Source: Octopus bimaculoides (taxonomy: Eukaryota). Taken from it: a stretch of 64,000 bases of DNA. The stretch is taken from the NCBI RefSeq assembly GCF_001194135.2, contig NC_068986.1, forward strand, positions 6,584,383 to 6,648,382. The letters are read 5' to 3'. The notes beneath the pieces were generated by a model, which was not told where the DNA came from, did no database searches, and was given only the letters and a program-made list of their open reading frames with translations. Below, in pieces: positions 12,101-25,761 of this stretch (position 1 is the first letter of the stretch; each line of letters opens with the position of its first letter). The translations under genes and the position numbers were made by a program.

Positions 12101-13280
12101 ACTGCAAACAAACAGGAAACAACTTCTATCTCATTCCAGGGTGAAAAACTAGAGGTAGTCGATAGCTTCCGCTATCTGGGCGACCAAGTTAGTAGTGGGG
12201 GTGGGTGCGCTGAAAGTGTAGCTGCTAGAATAAGAATAGCCTGGGCAAAGTTTAGAGAGCTCTTACCCCTGCTGGCGACAAAGGGACTCTCACTCAGAGT
12301 AAAAGGCAGACTGTATGACGCATGCGTACGAACAACCATGCTACATGGCAGTGAAACATGGGCTGTAACTGCTGAGGACATACGTAAGCTCGCAAGGAAT
12401 GAAGCCAGTATGCTCCGTTGGATGTGTAATGTCAATGTGAATACCCGTCANNNNNNNNNNNNNNNNNNNNNNNNNNNNNNNNNNNNNNNNNNNNNNNNNN
12501 NNNNNNNNNNNNNNNNNNNNNNNNNNNNNNNNNNNNNNNNNNNNNNNNNNNNNNNNNNNNNNNNNNNNNNNNNNNNNNNNNNNNNNNNNNNNNNNNNNNN
12601 NNNNNNNNNNNNNNNNNNNNNNNNNNNNNNNNNNNNNNNNNNNNNNNNNNNNNNNNNNNNNNNNNNNNNNNNNNNNNNNNNNNNNNNNNNNNNNNNNNNN
12701 NNNNNNNNNNNNNNNNNNNNNNNNNNNNNNNNNNNNNNNNNNNNNNNNNNNNNNNNNNNNNNNNNNNNNNNNNNNNNNNNNNNNNNNNNNNNNNNNNNNN
12801 NNNNNNNNNNNNNNNNNNNNNNNNNNNNNNNNNNNNNNNNNNNNNNNNNNNNNNNNNNNNNNNNNNNNNNNNNNNNNNNNNNNNNNNNNNNNNNNNNNNN
12901 NNNNNNNNNNNNNNNNNNNNNNNNNNNNNNNNNNNNNNNNNNNNNNNNNNNNNNNNNNNNNNNNNNNNNNNNNNNNNNNNNNNNNNNNNNNNNNNNNNNN
13001 NNNNNNNNNNNNNNNNNNNNNNNNNNNNNNNNNNNNNNNNNNNNNNNNNNACATAAAAGACACCATTTCGAGCGTGGCCGTTTTCGTGCGGGTGACACGT
13101 AAAAGCACCCACTACACTCTCTGAGTGGTTGGCGTTAGGAAGGGCATCCAGCTGTAGAAACTCTGCCAAATCAGACTGGAGCCTGGTGTTGCCATCCGGT
13201 TTCACCAGTCCTCAGTCAAATCGTCCAACCCATGCTAGCATGGAAAGCGGACGTTAAACGATGATGATGATGATGATGAT
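12101..13280 (+). mobile_element. Young 5'-truncated RTE-clade LINE (RT C-terminal region, N gap, 3' UTR, (GAT)n tail)
   Basis: Uninterrupted frame GEKLEVVDSFRYLGDQVSSGGGCAESVAARIRIAWAKFRELLPLL...LYDACVRTTMLHGSETW, typical of RTE; tail ...CATGGAAAGCGGACGTTAAACGATGATGAT; CpGs retained. Confidence 0.92.
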
Positions 13281-13546
13281 GCTTCTTGATTCAGTCCCAC
13301 TGTGAAGTATCTTAGGCAATTGTTTTCTGCTATAGCCTTGGGTAGACTAAAACGTTGTGAGTGGATTTGGCAGAGGGAAACTTAAAGAAGTTCATCATTA
13401 TATACATAAACAACGGACATTAAATAATAATGATGATGATGATGATATATATATATATATTGTGTGGTAAGAAGCTTGCTTCCCAACCACATGGTTTCAA
13501 GTTCACTCCCACTGTGTGGAAAGTGTCTTCTACTATAACTTGGGCA

Positions 13547-13579
<33 letters not shown>

Positions 13580-13667
13580 GGAGTCGAATAAATTTAATTT
13601 CAAATTGAAAACAACTGAAAGCTATGGAAACAAAAATTAACAATGAAAATCAAAAATTGATTCTTAC

Positions 13668-13853
13668 AGTAATTTACTGTTCCTTTCAAGATGTAAAAAG
13701 TAACGAGGGATCCAATATGTTCGAAGTCTTCGCAAGACATCATATTGAGTCTGGACAAAAATTGTATGACTCAGACTCACATTATTTACAGACTTTTGAA
13801 TTTGGTCCTTAGCTTCTTTTGTCAGACTCATCTTGTATTTATCTTGAATATCT
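13668..13853 (-). CDS. RGS domain exon, DIQDKYKMSLTKEAKDQIQ...FVQTQYDVLRRLRTYWIPRYFLHLERNSKL
   Basis: 186 nt, cactccag| after a poly-T tract, CT|gtaaga, phase 2 to 2; RGS C-terminal helices (F...Q..V...L...W.PRF), similar to RGSL1 LQSYWLPNF and RGS22 LLLYWAPRF. Confidence 0.9.
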
Positions 13854-13876
13854 CTGGAGTGTTGTTTCATAAATGG

Positions 13877-13909
<33 letters not shown>

Positions 13910-15014
13910 AGAAAAATTATTCAAAGGTAACAAAAGAAAGAAAAAGAAAACATTTTAAATAGTTTCAGGCATATTTTTTAAGTATATATAAGTTTTATTT
14001 TCTATTCACTAACCTATTTTTTACCTGACTACCTGTTGTTGTTGCTGTTGTTGTTGTTGTTTTTGTTGTTGTGTAGTAGTAGTAGTAGTAGTAGTAGTAG
14101 TCGAAATAGTAATAGTAGCTAAGACCTATTTGAGCAATCCCATGGAATATAGAGTAGAGCCATGTGGCTTAGTGGTTAAGGTGTTGGAATTTTGATTGTA
14201 AGATTGTGGTTTTGATTCCTGTACTGGACAACACATTGTGTTCTTGAGCAAAACACTTCATTTCATATTGCTCCAGTCCACTCAGCTGGCAAAAATGAGT
14301 AATCCTGTGATGGACTAGCATCCCATCCAGGTGGGGAACTTATACACCATGAAACCAGGACACCGACCCTTATGAGTCAACATGACTCGAAAAGATAACT
14401 TAGAACCTAGATGGAATGTAAGACATTGACCAAATAATCTTCCCATTTACATTTTGCTTCCACCTATCTGAAAAACCATACTGCACATTTTAACATGCAT
14501 AATGAATTTGCATAGAGTGCAATGTGACAGTCTAGACATATTGTATTCTCTCAACTGCACAGTCTGTTTCTACATTGCCATCAGCTCAGGTAGTGACCAT
14601 AGTGGAAGCTAGCAAAGAATTCAACGGTACATTTATTGTTGGTGACGTGTGCCCCAGCACTGTGTTTCAATCAAGTGAGGCTATTCATATTGCAGCTGTT
14701 TCTGTGTGTATTTGTTCTTTTACGCTTGATCAAGTTGAGTGACATAGAGTGTATTGTTAAGGATGATGTTGCTGTAGTGTTTGTCTCCAGTCCCACTGTG
14801 TTTGTCTCCAGTCCCACTGTGTTTGTCTCCAGTCCCACTGCTGGAAAACTGGTGCTGGCTTGTTTATGTCCCCCCCATAAGTTAGCAGTTTAGTAAAAGA
14901 GACTGATTGAAGAATAAGTATCAGACTTAATAACCAAGTATTGGGGTTAGATTGGTCAACTAAACACATTAAGGCCATGCCCCAGCATGGCCTTAAGCTA
15001 AATGACTGAAACAA

Positions 15015-15056
<42 letters not shown>

Positions 15057-15118
15057 ACACACACACAAATTAATTATAATTATTTAAAAAGAAATGTTAT
15101 TACTCCATTCTCACAAAC

Positions 15119-15267
15119 CTGAACAGCTGGTTTCTTTTTTGAATGTTCACACTGTCAATGTACTCTTCCATTGTGTCCTTAAATTCTTCACAATCAAGCC
15201 AGAAATTATATAAGTGTATACCAGCAGTGTGTGTCAAGAACTGCTTAAATGCTTTCATTCCTCTGTG
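15119..15267 (-). CDS. RGS domain exon, HRGMKAFKQFLTHTAGIHLYNFWLDCEEFK...RNQLF
   Basis: 149 nt, ttattttgacag| ... TTC AG|gtttgt; classic RGS F..FL...(N)L.FWL.CE.FK motif. Not in the ORF track. Confidence 0.93.
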
Positions 15268-16146
15268 CTGTCAAAATAAATTAACATTGTAGCAGTTTCA
15301 GTGATTGTTGAAATAAAAAAAAAAGACTATATTCTGAAGGACAATGAGTCTTACATAGCATAACAATTTCAGGAAAAAATGTTCCGATCATCATCATTAC
15401 CATTCTATGTTTGCTTTCCATGTTGACATGTTTAGGATGGTTGGACAGGATTCAACAGGTTAGAGGACCACATCATGTTTCATTATTTCCTTTTTGGCAT
15501 GGTTTTTATGGCTTGGTGCCCTTCCTAACCCCAGCCATTTATTCAGGACATTTTTTCATGGTCCCAACACAAGCAAGTAGCTACAGAACAACCAAAGAAA
15601 GAGGAACACAAGTCCATAATATGATACCTTTTATAGTGACACACAATCCATGCCATCAAAATATCTTTATCATCACCAAATCAAACTTGTGTATCTTCAG
15701 GCAAAGGAATGAATGAAAAGATTTAATTACTGTTTGTATATCTGTTCAAAGTAAAAGATAACTGGAAAACTTGAAGCAATTGTAGAAAGAAGCAAAATTT
15801 GTCTTAAACAAACAATGATAATATGGACATTTGTTGTGGAAATATCAATTCGTACATACTGGTCAGCATACCATCAGAAAAATGAGGAAAGAATATTTCT
15901 AAATGCAGATATGGCCTGTAAAAGCAGAAATCTGATTTTTGGAAAGAATGCTAAAATTGTGAAGAAATATATATTGCAGGAACATTTCTCAAACACCAAT
16001 TCACTGCATAGAAATTGAACCTGAATCACTGTATTCACCTAACAGAAGCAGGATGTTGTCAAATATTAATGACATCAACAAAGAACTGACCATTCAAATC
16101 AATAGACACAGTAGATAGATTTGGTGGATAGAAACTGAAAGAAGTT

Positions 16147-16202
<56 letters not shown>

Positions 16203-17136
16203 TGCATATGTATGTGGGTGAGTGGGTGTCTCCTTGAATTGATAGAGGGCAATAGTTGTAAATGGACACCACCATCATACAAGTGGTTTGGATTGTTTTC
16301 AGTCATCAGTGAAAATATATCCACCCACAAGGAAGTATTACCTTGCTTGAAAACAGGTGAGGGTTAGCAACAGGAAGAGCATCTAGCCATAGAAAATCTC
16401 CCTCAATGAATTCCCTGTCCCACACACAAATATGGAAAAATGGATAATAAAAGGAGAATGCTGATGACAGATATAAGGATCATGGGTTTATTTTGCAGTT
16501 ATTTCAAGGACTTGAGTTTGAGCTGTAGTACTTGGCACATTCCAGTCATAATAGAGCAGATATTCATTGTCAATGGGAGTTTACTCAGGTAAGTGATGAA
16601 CTGGTAGGCTTATTAGGGTGTTGGTTACAGTGCCTTGCAGAATTCTTTCCTGCACTGATTTTAAATCCCGTACAGGTGAAATTTGTTTTTTCATCCTTTT
16701 GAGTTTGATTAAGTACTATCATTGTGATGATGATGATGATGTCCATGCTTGTAGGGATTGGATAGAGATTATTGAGGCAGATTTTTTTATGATAGGATGC
16801 CCTTCCTGTTGCCAACTCTTAGTTGTTTCCAAGCAAGGTAATATTTTCTCAAAGTGAGACATGTTTCCACAGAATATTAAAAATGAATGACATTCATCTA
16901 CAACCACACACAATATCAAGACAAGGAGATACAAACATAAACACACATACACCCCACACACACATATACAATGGGCTTCTTTCAGTTTCTGTCTACCAAA
17001 TCCACTTACAAGGTTTTAGTCAGTCTGAGGCTATAGTGGAAGTAGCAGAAGGCACTTGCCCAAGGTGCCACACAGTGGGACTGAACCTGGAACCATGTGG
17101 TTGGGAAGTAAACTTCTTATCACATAACCATGCCCA

Positions 17137-17168
<32 letters not shown>

Positions 17169-18153
17169 CNNNNNNNNNNNNNNNNNNNNNNNNNNNNNNN
17201 NNNNNNNNNNNNNNNNNNNNNNNNNNNNNNNNNNNNNNNNNNNNNNNNNNNNNNNNNNNNNNNNNNNNNNNNNNNNNNNNNNNNNNNNNNNNNNNNNNNN
17301 NNNNNNNNNNNNNNNNNNNNNNNNNNNNNNNNNNNNNNNNNNNNNNNNNNNNNNNNNNNNNNNNNNNNNNNNNNNNNNNNNNNNNNNNNNNNNNNNNNNN
17401 NNNNNNNNNNNNNNNNNNNNNNNNNNNNNNNNNNNNNNNNNNNNNNNNNNNNNNNNNNNNNNNNNNNNNNNNNNNNNNNNNNNNNNNNNNNNNNNNNNNN
17501 NNNNNNNNNNNNNNNNNNNNNNNNNNNNNNNNNNNNNNNNNNNNNNNNNNNNNNNNNNNNNNNNNNNNNNNNNNNNNNNNNNNNNNNNNNNNNNNNNNNN
17601 NNNNNNNNNNNNNNNNNNNNNNNNNNNNNNNNNNNNNNNNNNNNNNNNNNNNNNNNNNNNNNNNNNNNNNNNNNNNNNNNNNNNNNNNNNNNNNNNNNNN
17701 NNNNNNNNNNNNNNNNNNNNNNNNNNNNNNNNNNNNNNNNNNNNNNNNNNNNNNNNNNNNNNNNNNNNNNNNNNNNNNNNNNNNNNNNNNNNNNNNNNNN
17801 NNNNNNNNNNNNNNNNNNNNNNNNNNNNNNNNNNNNNNNNNNNNNNNNNNNNNNNNNNNNNNNNNNNNNNNNNNNNNNNNNNNNNNNNNNNNNNNNNNNN
17901 NNNNNNNNNNNNNNNNNNNNNNNNNNNNNNNNNNNNNNNNNNNNNNNNNNNNNNNNNNNNNNNNNNNNNNNNNNNNNNNNNNNNNNNNNNNNNNNNNNNN
18001 NNNNNNNNNNNNNNNNNNNNNNNNNNNNNNNNNNNNNNNNNNNNNNNNNNNNNNNNNNNNNNNNNNNNNNNNNNNNNNNNNNNNNNNNNNNNNNNNNNNN
18101 NNNNNNNNNNNNNNNNNNNNNNNNNNNNNNNNNNNNNNNNNNNNNNNNNNNNN

Positions 18154-18450
18154 TTAAAATTTTCGAAAAACAAACCCAGCCACATTACTTGGAAAAAAAT
18201 AAACTTTATTGTGCTGGTTTTTCGTAAAATTTCGCGCATGGGAAAGGCAACAAAATCGCCCCTCCCCACTTTGTATGGAATATTCGTATCTTAAAAAGTA
18301 ATAATCGATTATCTCGGTAACCATGGGAGTTGGAGGGCAATAAAAATCTCCTGAACATGAGCGGACCATGCTGCCGCTCTGTGCTGAATTTCACGCGATT
18401 CCACTGCACCGTTCTCGAGTGAATCTGCCGACACTCAATCAATCAAGCAA
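18154..18450 (-). mobile_element. Probable Helentron-type non-autonomous element fragment, cut by the gap
   Basis: CpG-rich; the minus strand has (GATT)n followed by CAGATTCACTCGAGAACGGTGCAGTGGAATCGCGTGAAATTCAGCACA, resembling the HINE core. Confidence 0.45.
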
Positions 18451-19739
18451 TCAAGAACACTGCAATTCATAGTATAGATGATTTATTGAGATAGAAATTT
18501 AAATGCTGTTTAGCTAAGCTTCTTTGAAGAAAAATGCTGAACTTGTAATTAAAATGTTGTAAGTCTGGTGTAGTTGTTTAGGAAATTATTTATTTGAATG
18601 AGGTCAGAGATTCTTGAAAAATAGCAGTGCTTATATAAATTCATTCAAATAAGCTGTATCAGTAATCTTTTACCTTGTGACTCACAATCTTTCTTCTTCC
18701 TCAACATAAATGAGTTTGTGCATTATGAAAATTTATGTCGGTTGTTAAGAGTAATTTAATGATGCAATAACAAAAGCTACTTTAACGACACTGACACAAT
18801 GTAGACCTATTTCTCAAATGTTATATACTGAAGAAACTTGATTTATATCAGGAGACATAACATAAACAAAAAATTCTTATTAAAAAAAAAAGCTGAAAAG
18901 AGTATCTAATTTCTTGACCAAATAAACAATGTTTGTTTTGATAGAAACCAATAATTACAAGAGCTATCTAACTTGATACAAATGGATAAAGTATTATCTT
19001 AAGGTTATCAATTATTTATGTCATATACAAAGCTGTTGTAAAGCTTCCCACACTGAGATTTTTATGCAATATATATGACATATAAAAAGAAATTACCAAA
19101 AGCAATGATATTTTTAATCAAACACAAGAAGTGCATGTCATGCATTTTGAGAATTTTATACTTTCAGTTGGACTCTACTGATAAATATTTTTCTTTATTA
19201 GAACTCTCCTTACAAAAGCTTCCAGTGGAAATCAATTGCTGGCAACACTACAATGCAAGATCAAAAGAACAGTTATAGTGCATGTGATTGGTGTTGAAAT
19301 CTTCACATTAAGCAACACTTGGTAGGTAGTATGAATTAGGTTGACAATCAATAAAGTATCAGGACATTTGCTATGAGTTCAAACATGTCTCATTGTACTT
19401 CTAAATAGGATAGTTAACTCTACTTCAAAGCAATTCTGTAGATCAACATATACTAACATTTGTAAAACAAAGTCTTGCTTTGGAATAAAACTTGGAAACA
19501 ACAGTGGTGTTAAAGTTACTACAATTTAGTATTTTTTTTAAACACACATCACAGTTTTTTTAAGTTGCCATTATGATCTTGGATTCATTAGTGTGTTCTT
19601 AACAATTGTTACATCCTCATAAAAGCTAATTTGCACATCAGTGTTTGATAACTGTTTAGAACTTGTTCAAAATGTTCATGCTGTATCAGCAACATAAATA
19701 TTTAAAACAAATCATATTGTAGAGTTTCCAATATGTGTA

Positions 19740-19794
<55 letters not shown>

Positions 19795-19964
19795 NNNNNN
19801 NNNNNNNNNNNNNNNNNNNNNNNNNNNNNNNNNNNNNNNNNNNNNNNNNNNNNNNNNNNNNNNNNNNNNNNNNNNNNNNNNNNNNNNNNNNNNNNNNNNN
19901 NNNNNNNNNNNNNNNNNNNNNNNNNNNNNNNNNNNNNNNNNNNNNNNNNNNNNNNNNNNNNNNN

Positions 19965-20055
<91 letters not shown>

Positions 20056-21299
20056 TGATGCAATTTAACAAACTCTAACAATGATTTAACAAAAATACTA
20101 AGCAGCACATTGTTTGATATTAGTGGTTAAGAAGTTCACTTCTCAATTACAAAACATCAGATCCAATTCCACAACACAGTGTCCCTGGCAAATGTCTTTT
20201 ACAGCTTTACACTGACTCAAGCCTTGCAATGAAAATAGGTAAATGGAAATTGGGTGGAAGTTCATTCGATAGATTGCACCTGTAAATCAAAGGTACAGCC
20301 TTGACGCACATTCTGTCACTCTGATTCTATCTAATGAGTATATTGGTTACAAACCTTGGCACAAGGCCAGCAACTTTGGGAGAAGGAGTAAGTCAATTAC
20401 ATCGACCCCAGTACTCAACTGGTACCTATTTTATCAAACCAGAAAGGATGAAAAGTAAAGTTGACTTCAGCAGAATTTGAACTCAGAATGTAAAAATGAA
20501 TGAAACACTGCTAAGCATTTTGCCCAGTAAGCTTATGATCCAGCCAGCTTGCTGCCTTAATCTGATGATTATATTGAAGATACACTTGTTTGTGGAATGC
20601 TTGATTGCTTACATATTAAATCAATGATCTGGTACAAATGGGTACTCAGTATCAAACTGATGGAGGCTAATTTTGTTTTTTTAAATTTCCATGATGAAGG
20701 GCTTGTAGTTCAAACACATTAGACCTTCTTCTTTTCCTCTCAGGAATTAAACATTTATTTAATCCACTATACTTCTCTTGGATTATTTGCTGTTAGCTTA
20801 AACCTTCACTGATTTTCTCTCTTCCTGGAATTTACCAGTAAATTTGATATCTGTGGTGTGACATTGAGAACTTTTTTGATTATATCTCTGATTTCATCCA
20901 GCAACAAATCTATAAAGGTTTTTCAGTATGTATGGAGACACACATACACCCCCCCCCCGCCACATTCACACACACACACACACGCACAGATGCACACACA
21001 CACACATACTCAAGCACACATACACACACAAGCACATAACACACACATACAAGCACACACACACACACACACACACAAGCACACATACATGCACAAACAC
21101 ACACACACATACAAGCACACACACACACACACACACTCAAACACACATACACAAGCACACATACATGCACACATACATGCACACACACATACAAGCACAT
21201 ACACATGCACACACACACACACACACACACACATGCATACATTTCTACAGTAAATGTTTTTAATGTTCCTGTTGTGTCAGATTATTGGTAATTTATTAA

Positions 21300-21519
21300 C
21301 CCTTTAGCATTCTTATTATTCCTTCTGATGTAATATTTATTTATTTACATTGTTTTGAATTAATCCTGCATTATCTTGTAACTTTGAGATTTTGATGACA
21401 TAACTTTTAATTTTTAGAATAATATTGTAGGGATGGTGTGAGAGGCCAGATCTGGCCAGTTTGAGCATACAACAGGGAGAATATTTTGGTCAGATATGGC
21501 TAGCTTAAATGCAAAAGGG
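21300..21519. mobile_element. piggyBac-like MITE (220 bp), same family as 2372-2579
   Basis: TTAA|CCCTTTAGCATT ... AATGCAAAAGGG|TTAA; the internal sequence aligns with the 2372 copy. Confidence 0.85.
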
Positions 21520-22997
21520 TTAACCTTTATTGTCACTTAATCAGAGGAGGAAGGTCAATTTAGATGATGCTCCCCCTCTTTGCAGGTTATCTGACAGGCT
21601 TCCACACAGTTTCCATCAACCCAATTTTATTTATGCAGCTTTGACTAACTCGAGGCTGTAGTTGAAGATATTTGTCCAAAGTGCTGCACAGCAAGATGAA
21701 ACCTGAAACCATGTCATTTCACAGTAAACTTGTTAACCTCACAACCATGGAACTTATCTCAATTCCATACAGAATGAATGTAGAATGGATGTAAGATTAG
21801 TATAAGGTTAATGTAGGATTAATGTATGATTAGTGTAGATTTTTATTTGTTTACTCATTCTTATCAAACTAACTTCCTTTGTAGGATCAATATCAGTAAT
21901 ATTACTTTAAACCTTTCTTTCATTTCTTTTATCGCTGGAAGACTGCCTAGACTAAGAACTCTGTCTTTATGGCTGTTTAATTTGGTTTGCATGCAACTCC
22001 TTTACAACGTTTTGAAATTTCGGTGACTTTGCCTTCTTTCTTAATGATGTACACAATACTTTGAAAATTTAAACCTAAACTGCATCAACCTCTTTTACTG
22101 ATTGGTCAGTTAGTCACCATTATTGTTTTAGAGAATTATATAGGTCCTACACCAAACCTATTCTAATATTTTATACATGAGTTAAGCAAGCAGAATCTTT
22201 AGCACACTGGGCAAAATGCTTAGTGGTATTTCACCCATCTTTACATTCTGGGTTCTAGTTCTGCCAAGGTCGACATTACCTTTCATCCTTTTGGGGTTGA
22301 TAAAATAAGCACCAGTTGAATACTGGGGTTGATATAATTGACTATCCTACTCACCAGAAATTGCTGACTTTGTGCCAAAATTTGAAACCAATATTATATA
22401 AATGAATCTTTTTGCTGTCTTTGATTGAGTATATACAATTTGGCAATGTCTATTTTTGGAGTCAATATTTTATTGTTGAAAGCAATTAGGTATGAGGCTG
22501 CACTCACAGACAAGAATGACCATGTAAATATGTTTCCTTGCTTTTATATTTAACTGTTTATATCTTACATATGTACAAAGGTGTACATATATCTGTAACA
22601 AGACATATGTATAGCCAAGTGCTTTATGGACTTGAAAACCTGGGTAATCCTATGAGACGGCCATTAATATCTTTATCCAAATACTCTACTGCTCTATAAC
22701 TTAGAGTGTTTCTCTTTTGGATTTATGATTTACTGACGATATATATATATATANNNNNNNNNNNNNNNNNNNNNNNNNNNNNNNNNNNNNNNNNNNNNNN
22801 NNNNNNNNNNNNNNNNNNNNNNNNNNNNNNNNNNNNNNNNNNNNNNNNNNNNNNNNNNNNNNNNNNNNNNNNNNNNNNNNNNNNNNNNNNNNNNNNNNNN
22901 NNNNNNNNNNNNNNNNNNNNNNNNNNNNNNNNNNNNNNNNNNNNNNNNNNNNNNNNNNNNNNNNNNNNNNNNNNNNNNNNNNNNNNNNNNNNNNNNN

Positions 22998-23032
<35 letters not shown>

Positions 23033-23779
23033 CTGAAGAACATTTTTGTGCGTTTGTAGCTAATACTTGAAGACTTACAACATAGAAGATGTAGAGAATG
23101 ATCTCATTAAATTTGTCACATTGCTTATGTCCTACATTATTATAGAAATAAGAGAAGATAGAGCAGATAAATAGATAGATGGATGGGTGTAAACATCAAA
23201 ACACTAAGGTAATTAACCTTTATCATTCATGTATTTTTAGAGTACTATATAAGAACAAATAGAAGGAGGTGAGAGCACATCTCATGGAGCAAAGTAACTT
23301 TTTTACTCTAGAATGGGGTGGGGGGTCCTAATTCCCAGTTTATATAATCATGGGCAAAACTTTCTAGAACCTTTAATTGCACATTGGGGGAAAATTTACA
23401 TAACCCTCTTTGATGTTCGCCATTGTTAGTTGATACACACACCAGTCAATGCTGACAGACCAATAAACATTTATGCAGGTGTTCTGTTCTGTAATGGGAC
23501 TGGCCATGTCTTCTATGGGATATATGAGTAGACTGTGGCACATAGTTGGAAATTTAAGTGAGGTGGTTCAAATCTAGCCACAGTCTCACAACATCATTGA
23601 CAAAATCTGAGAATTACACATCAACAATGTTGGAAGTATCTTAATATGTTCATATGAATGATACTTTGTGAATTTTAGCCTCTAGTACCCATATTAGGCT
23701 TAATGAGTATACTAAGCTCTCGTGAAAAAAAATCTCCTAATTTGTATTTGCATTAGCTTATCATTTTGATATTGTTTAT

Positions 23780-24069
23780 TTAACACCATAAAGGCACCCT
23801 TGTGCCAGTGACACGTAAAAGGCACCCCTATACTGATCACATATAAAAGGCACCTCCATATTGGTCACATATAAAAGGTACTCTTGTTGGTGACACATAA
23901 AAAGGCACCCAGTGCATTCTGTAGAGTGGTTGGCATTAGGAAGGGCATCCAGACATAGAAACAAAGCAAAAACAGACTGGAGCCCGATACAGCTCTCTGA
24001 TTTATCAGCCTCAGTCAAACCATCTTACCCACACTAGCATGGAAAATGGACGTTAAATGATGATGATGG
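23780..24069 (+). mobile_element. RTE-type 3' tail fragment with about 5 tandem TAAAAGGCACC units
   Basis: Matches 13095-13270 (TAAAAGCACCC..GAGTGGTTGGCGTTAGGAAGGGCATCCAG..TAGCATGGAAA..GGACGTTAAA(TGA)n); a ~28-bp unit is repeated upstream. Confidence 0.7.
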
Positions 24070-24205
24070 TGGTGTCCCCCATTCTTAGGAATGGGGGACA
24101 CCATTCTTGGATACTGAAAAAATCTGAAAAGAATGTTGTATTATAGGATTGAATTTAAAGAAAAAAAAAACAGAAAAAGAAAGCAATAATTAAAGAGATA
24201 TTTAC

Positions 24206-24434
24206 CGATCCCATAATGTGTCTTTTCACATCATGGAGTGTCATTTGTAGGCGAGTTTCCATATTATGAATATCAACATCTGTTGTGGTATCATTACTGG
24301 TACCATTGTTAAAATCAATGAAAGGTTGAGCAGAATATTCATTTGCAGGTGTGCTATTGCCAAATATTTCATCAAACTGATTGTACCAATTGACCCTGAG
24401 CAAGTCCCTATAGCAGACTGGTGCTGATGATGTT
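24206..24434 (-). CDS. RGS22/RGSL1-like exon, TSSAPVCYRDLL...RLQMTLHDVKRHIMGS
   Basis: 229 nt, ttcattatag| ... TCG|gtaaat, phase 2 to 0; leads directly into the first RGS box. Confidence 0.82.
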
Positions 24435-25761
24435 CTATAATGAAACCAAACAATGTGATACCACCACACGAAACATTCAAATAACTGAGTATCTTGATCT
24501 GTTAAAAATAGTAACTTATATCATACCTTATCATTTTTGATTATTTAATCCTATATAAGTGATACATAACAAAAGACAGGATGGTCATAATTGGAACGAG
24601 TTTGATGATAGGCCTGATCAATCAGCGCCGACCCAACTTGATACAAACTTCTTGGTTTAAATTGATCTAAATTAAAACCTTCCATCAACATTTCATGTGT
24701 CTGAAAACCATCTTAATAAGGAGAAAGTTATTTTATTACATGATTCCTGCTTGGGGCAAAGTATCTCAAATGTTTATTTCTGAACACAAATATTGAGTCT
24801 TCATCTATGCCCCTATGATACACTCATACAACAAGCAAGGGGGATAACTCCAGCAAGATAAGTTGATAGAAAATTTTGGACATTATAGCCGTACAATACC
24901 AGAAAAGATATGTTTACATACATTCTATATGGGCAATTACAAAATAATGAAGGAAGCAAATTTCCACAAAGTTTCTAGCAATACAAAATACTATTTTTGT
25001 AAGCTAGATTTTGCAAAAAAGTAATTATTTAATGTCATTAAGCACAAGTTGTTTTTTTTTATTATTTTATTGAAGAGAGGAAGACATGTTATTTGAGGAT
25101 AATACGTAAATATATAAGAACTGGGTTTTAGATAAAATTAATAGTAGGGTGGGACAAATGAATGAACATAGCTAAAAGGGTTGAAGAAAGGTAAGTTATG
25201 CATTAAAAACAGAAGAAAAGAATAGAAGAAATTTCAGAGCTTGGAGATAAGATATAGTTAATTGGGTGGAGATTAAAGAGGTCCTCAATGTATAAAAATG
25301 GTGCAAAGAGACTCCTAATCTAAATAATTACACTGTATAGTGTATATATATTATATTTAGAGTGATTGTATTATATTTAGAGGCAATGGACAAAGTGCTT
25401 TACAATATCTAGTTATGGCTCTTTATATACTGAGTTCAAATCCTGCTGAGGCGAACTTTACCTTTTATCCTTTAAGGACTGATAAACTAAGGTATTGTTC
25501 AAGTACTGGGATTAAAATAATTGGCTATACTCTTTCCCAAAATTTGAGGCCTTTTATATATTTTAAAAATCAATATTTAGGAAAACAAAATTGGTGGATG
25601 GGCAGAATTGCTAGAGTATCTGATCAAATGCATTGTGGTATTAAGTTATGACCCTTTACATACTGAGTTCAAATCGTGTCAAAATCAACTTTGCCTTTCA
25701 TTCTTCCAGGGCCAATAAAATAAAATAAAGCAACACCATAAGCTCCAGTCCTTGTTACGAT

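Noticed and set aside
13624-13812. Plus-strand ORF with an apparent acceptor (tttcaag|ATGT)
   Set aside because: Antisense shadow of RGS exon 13668-13853.
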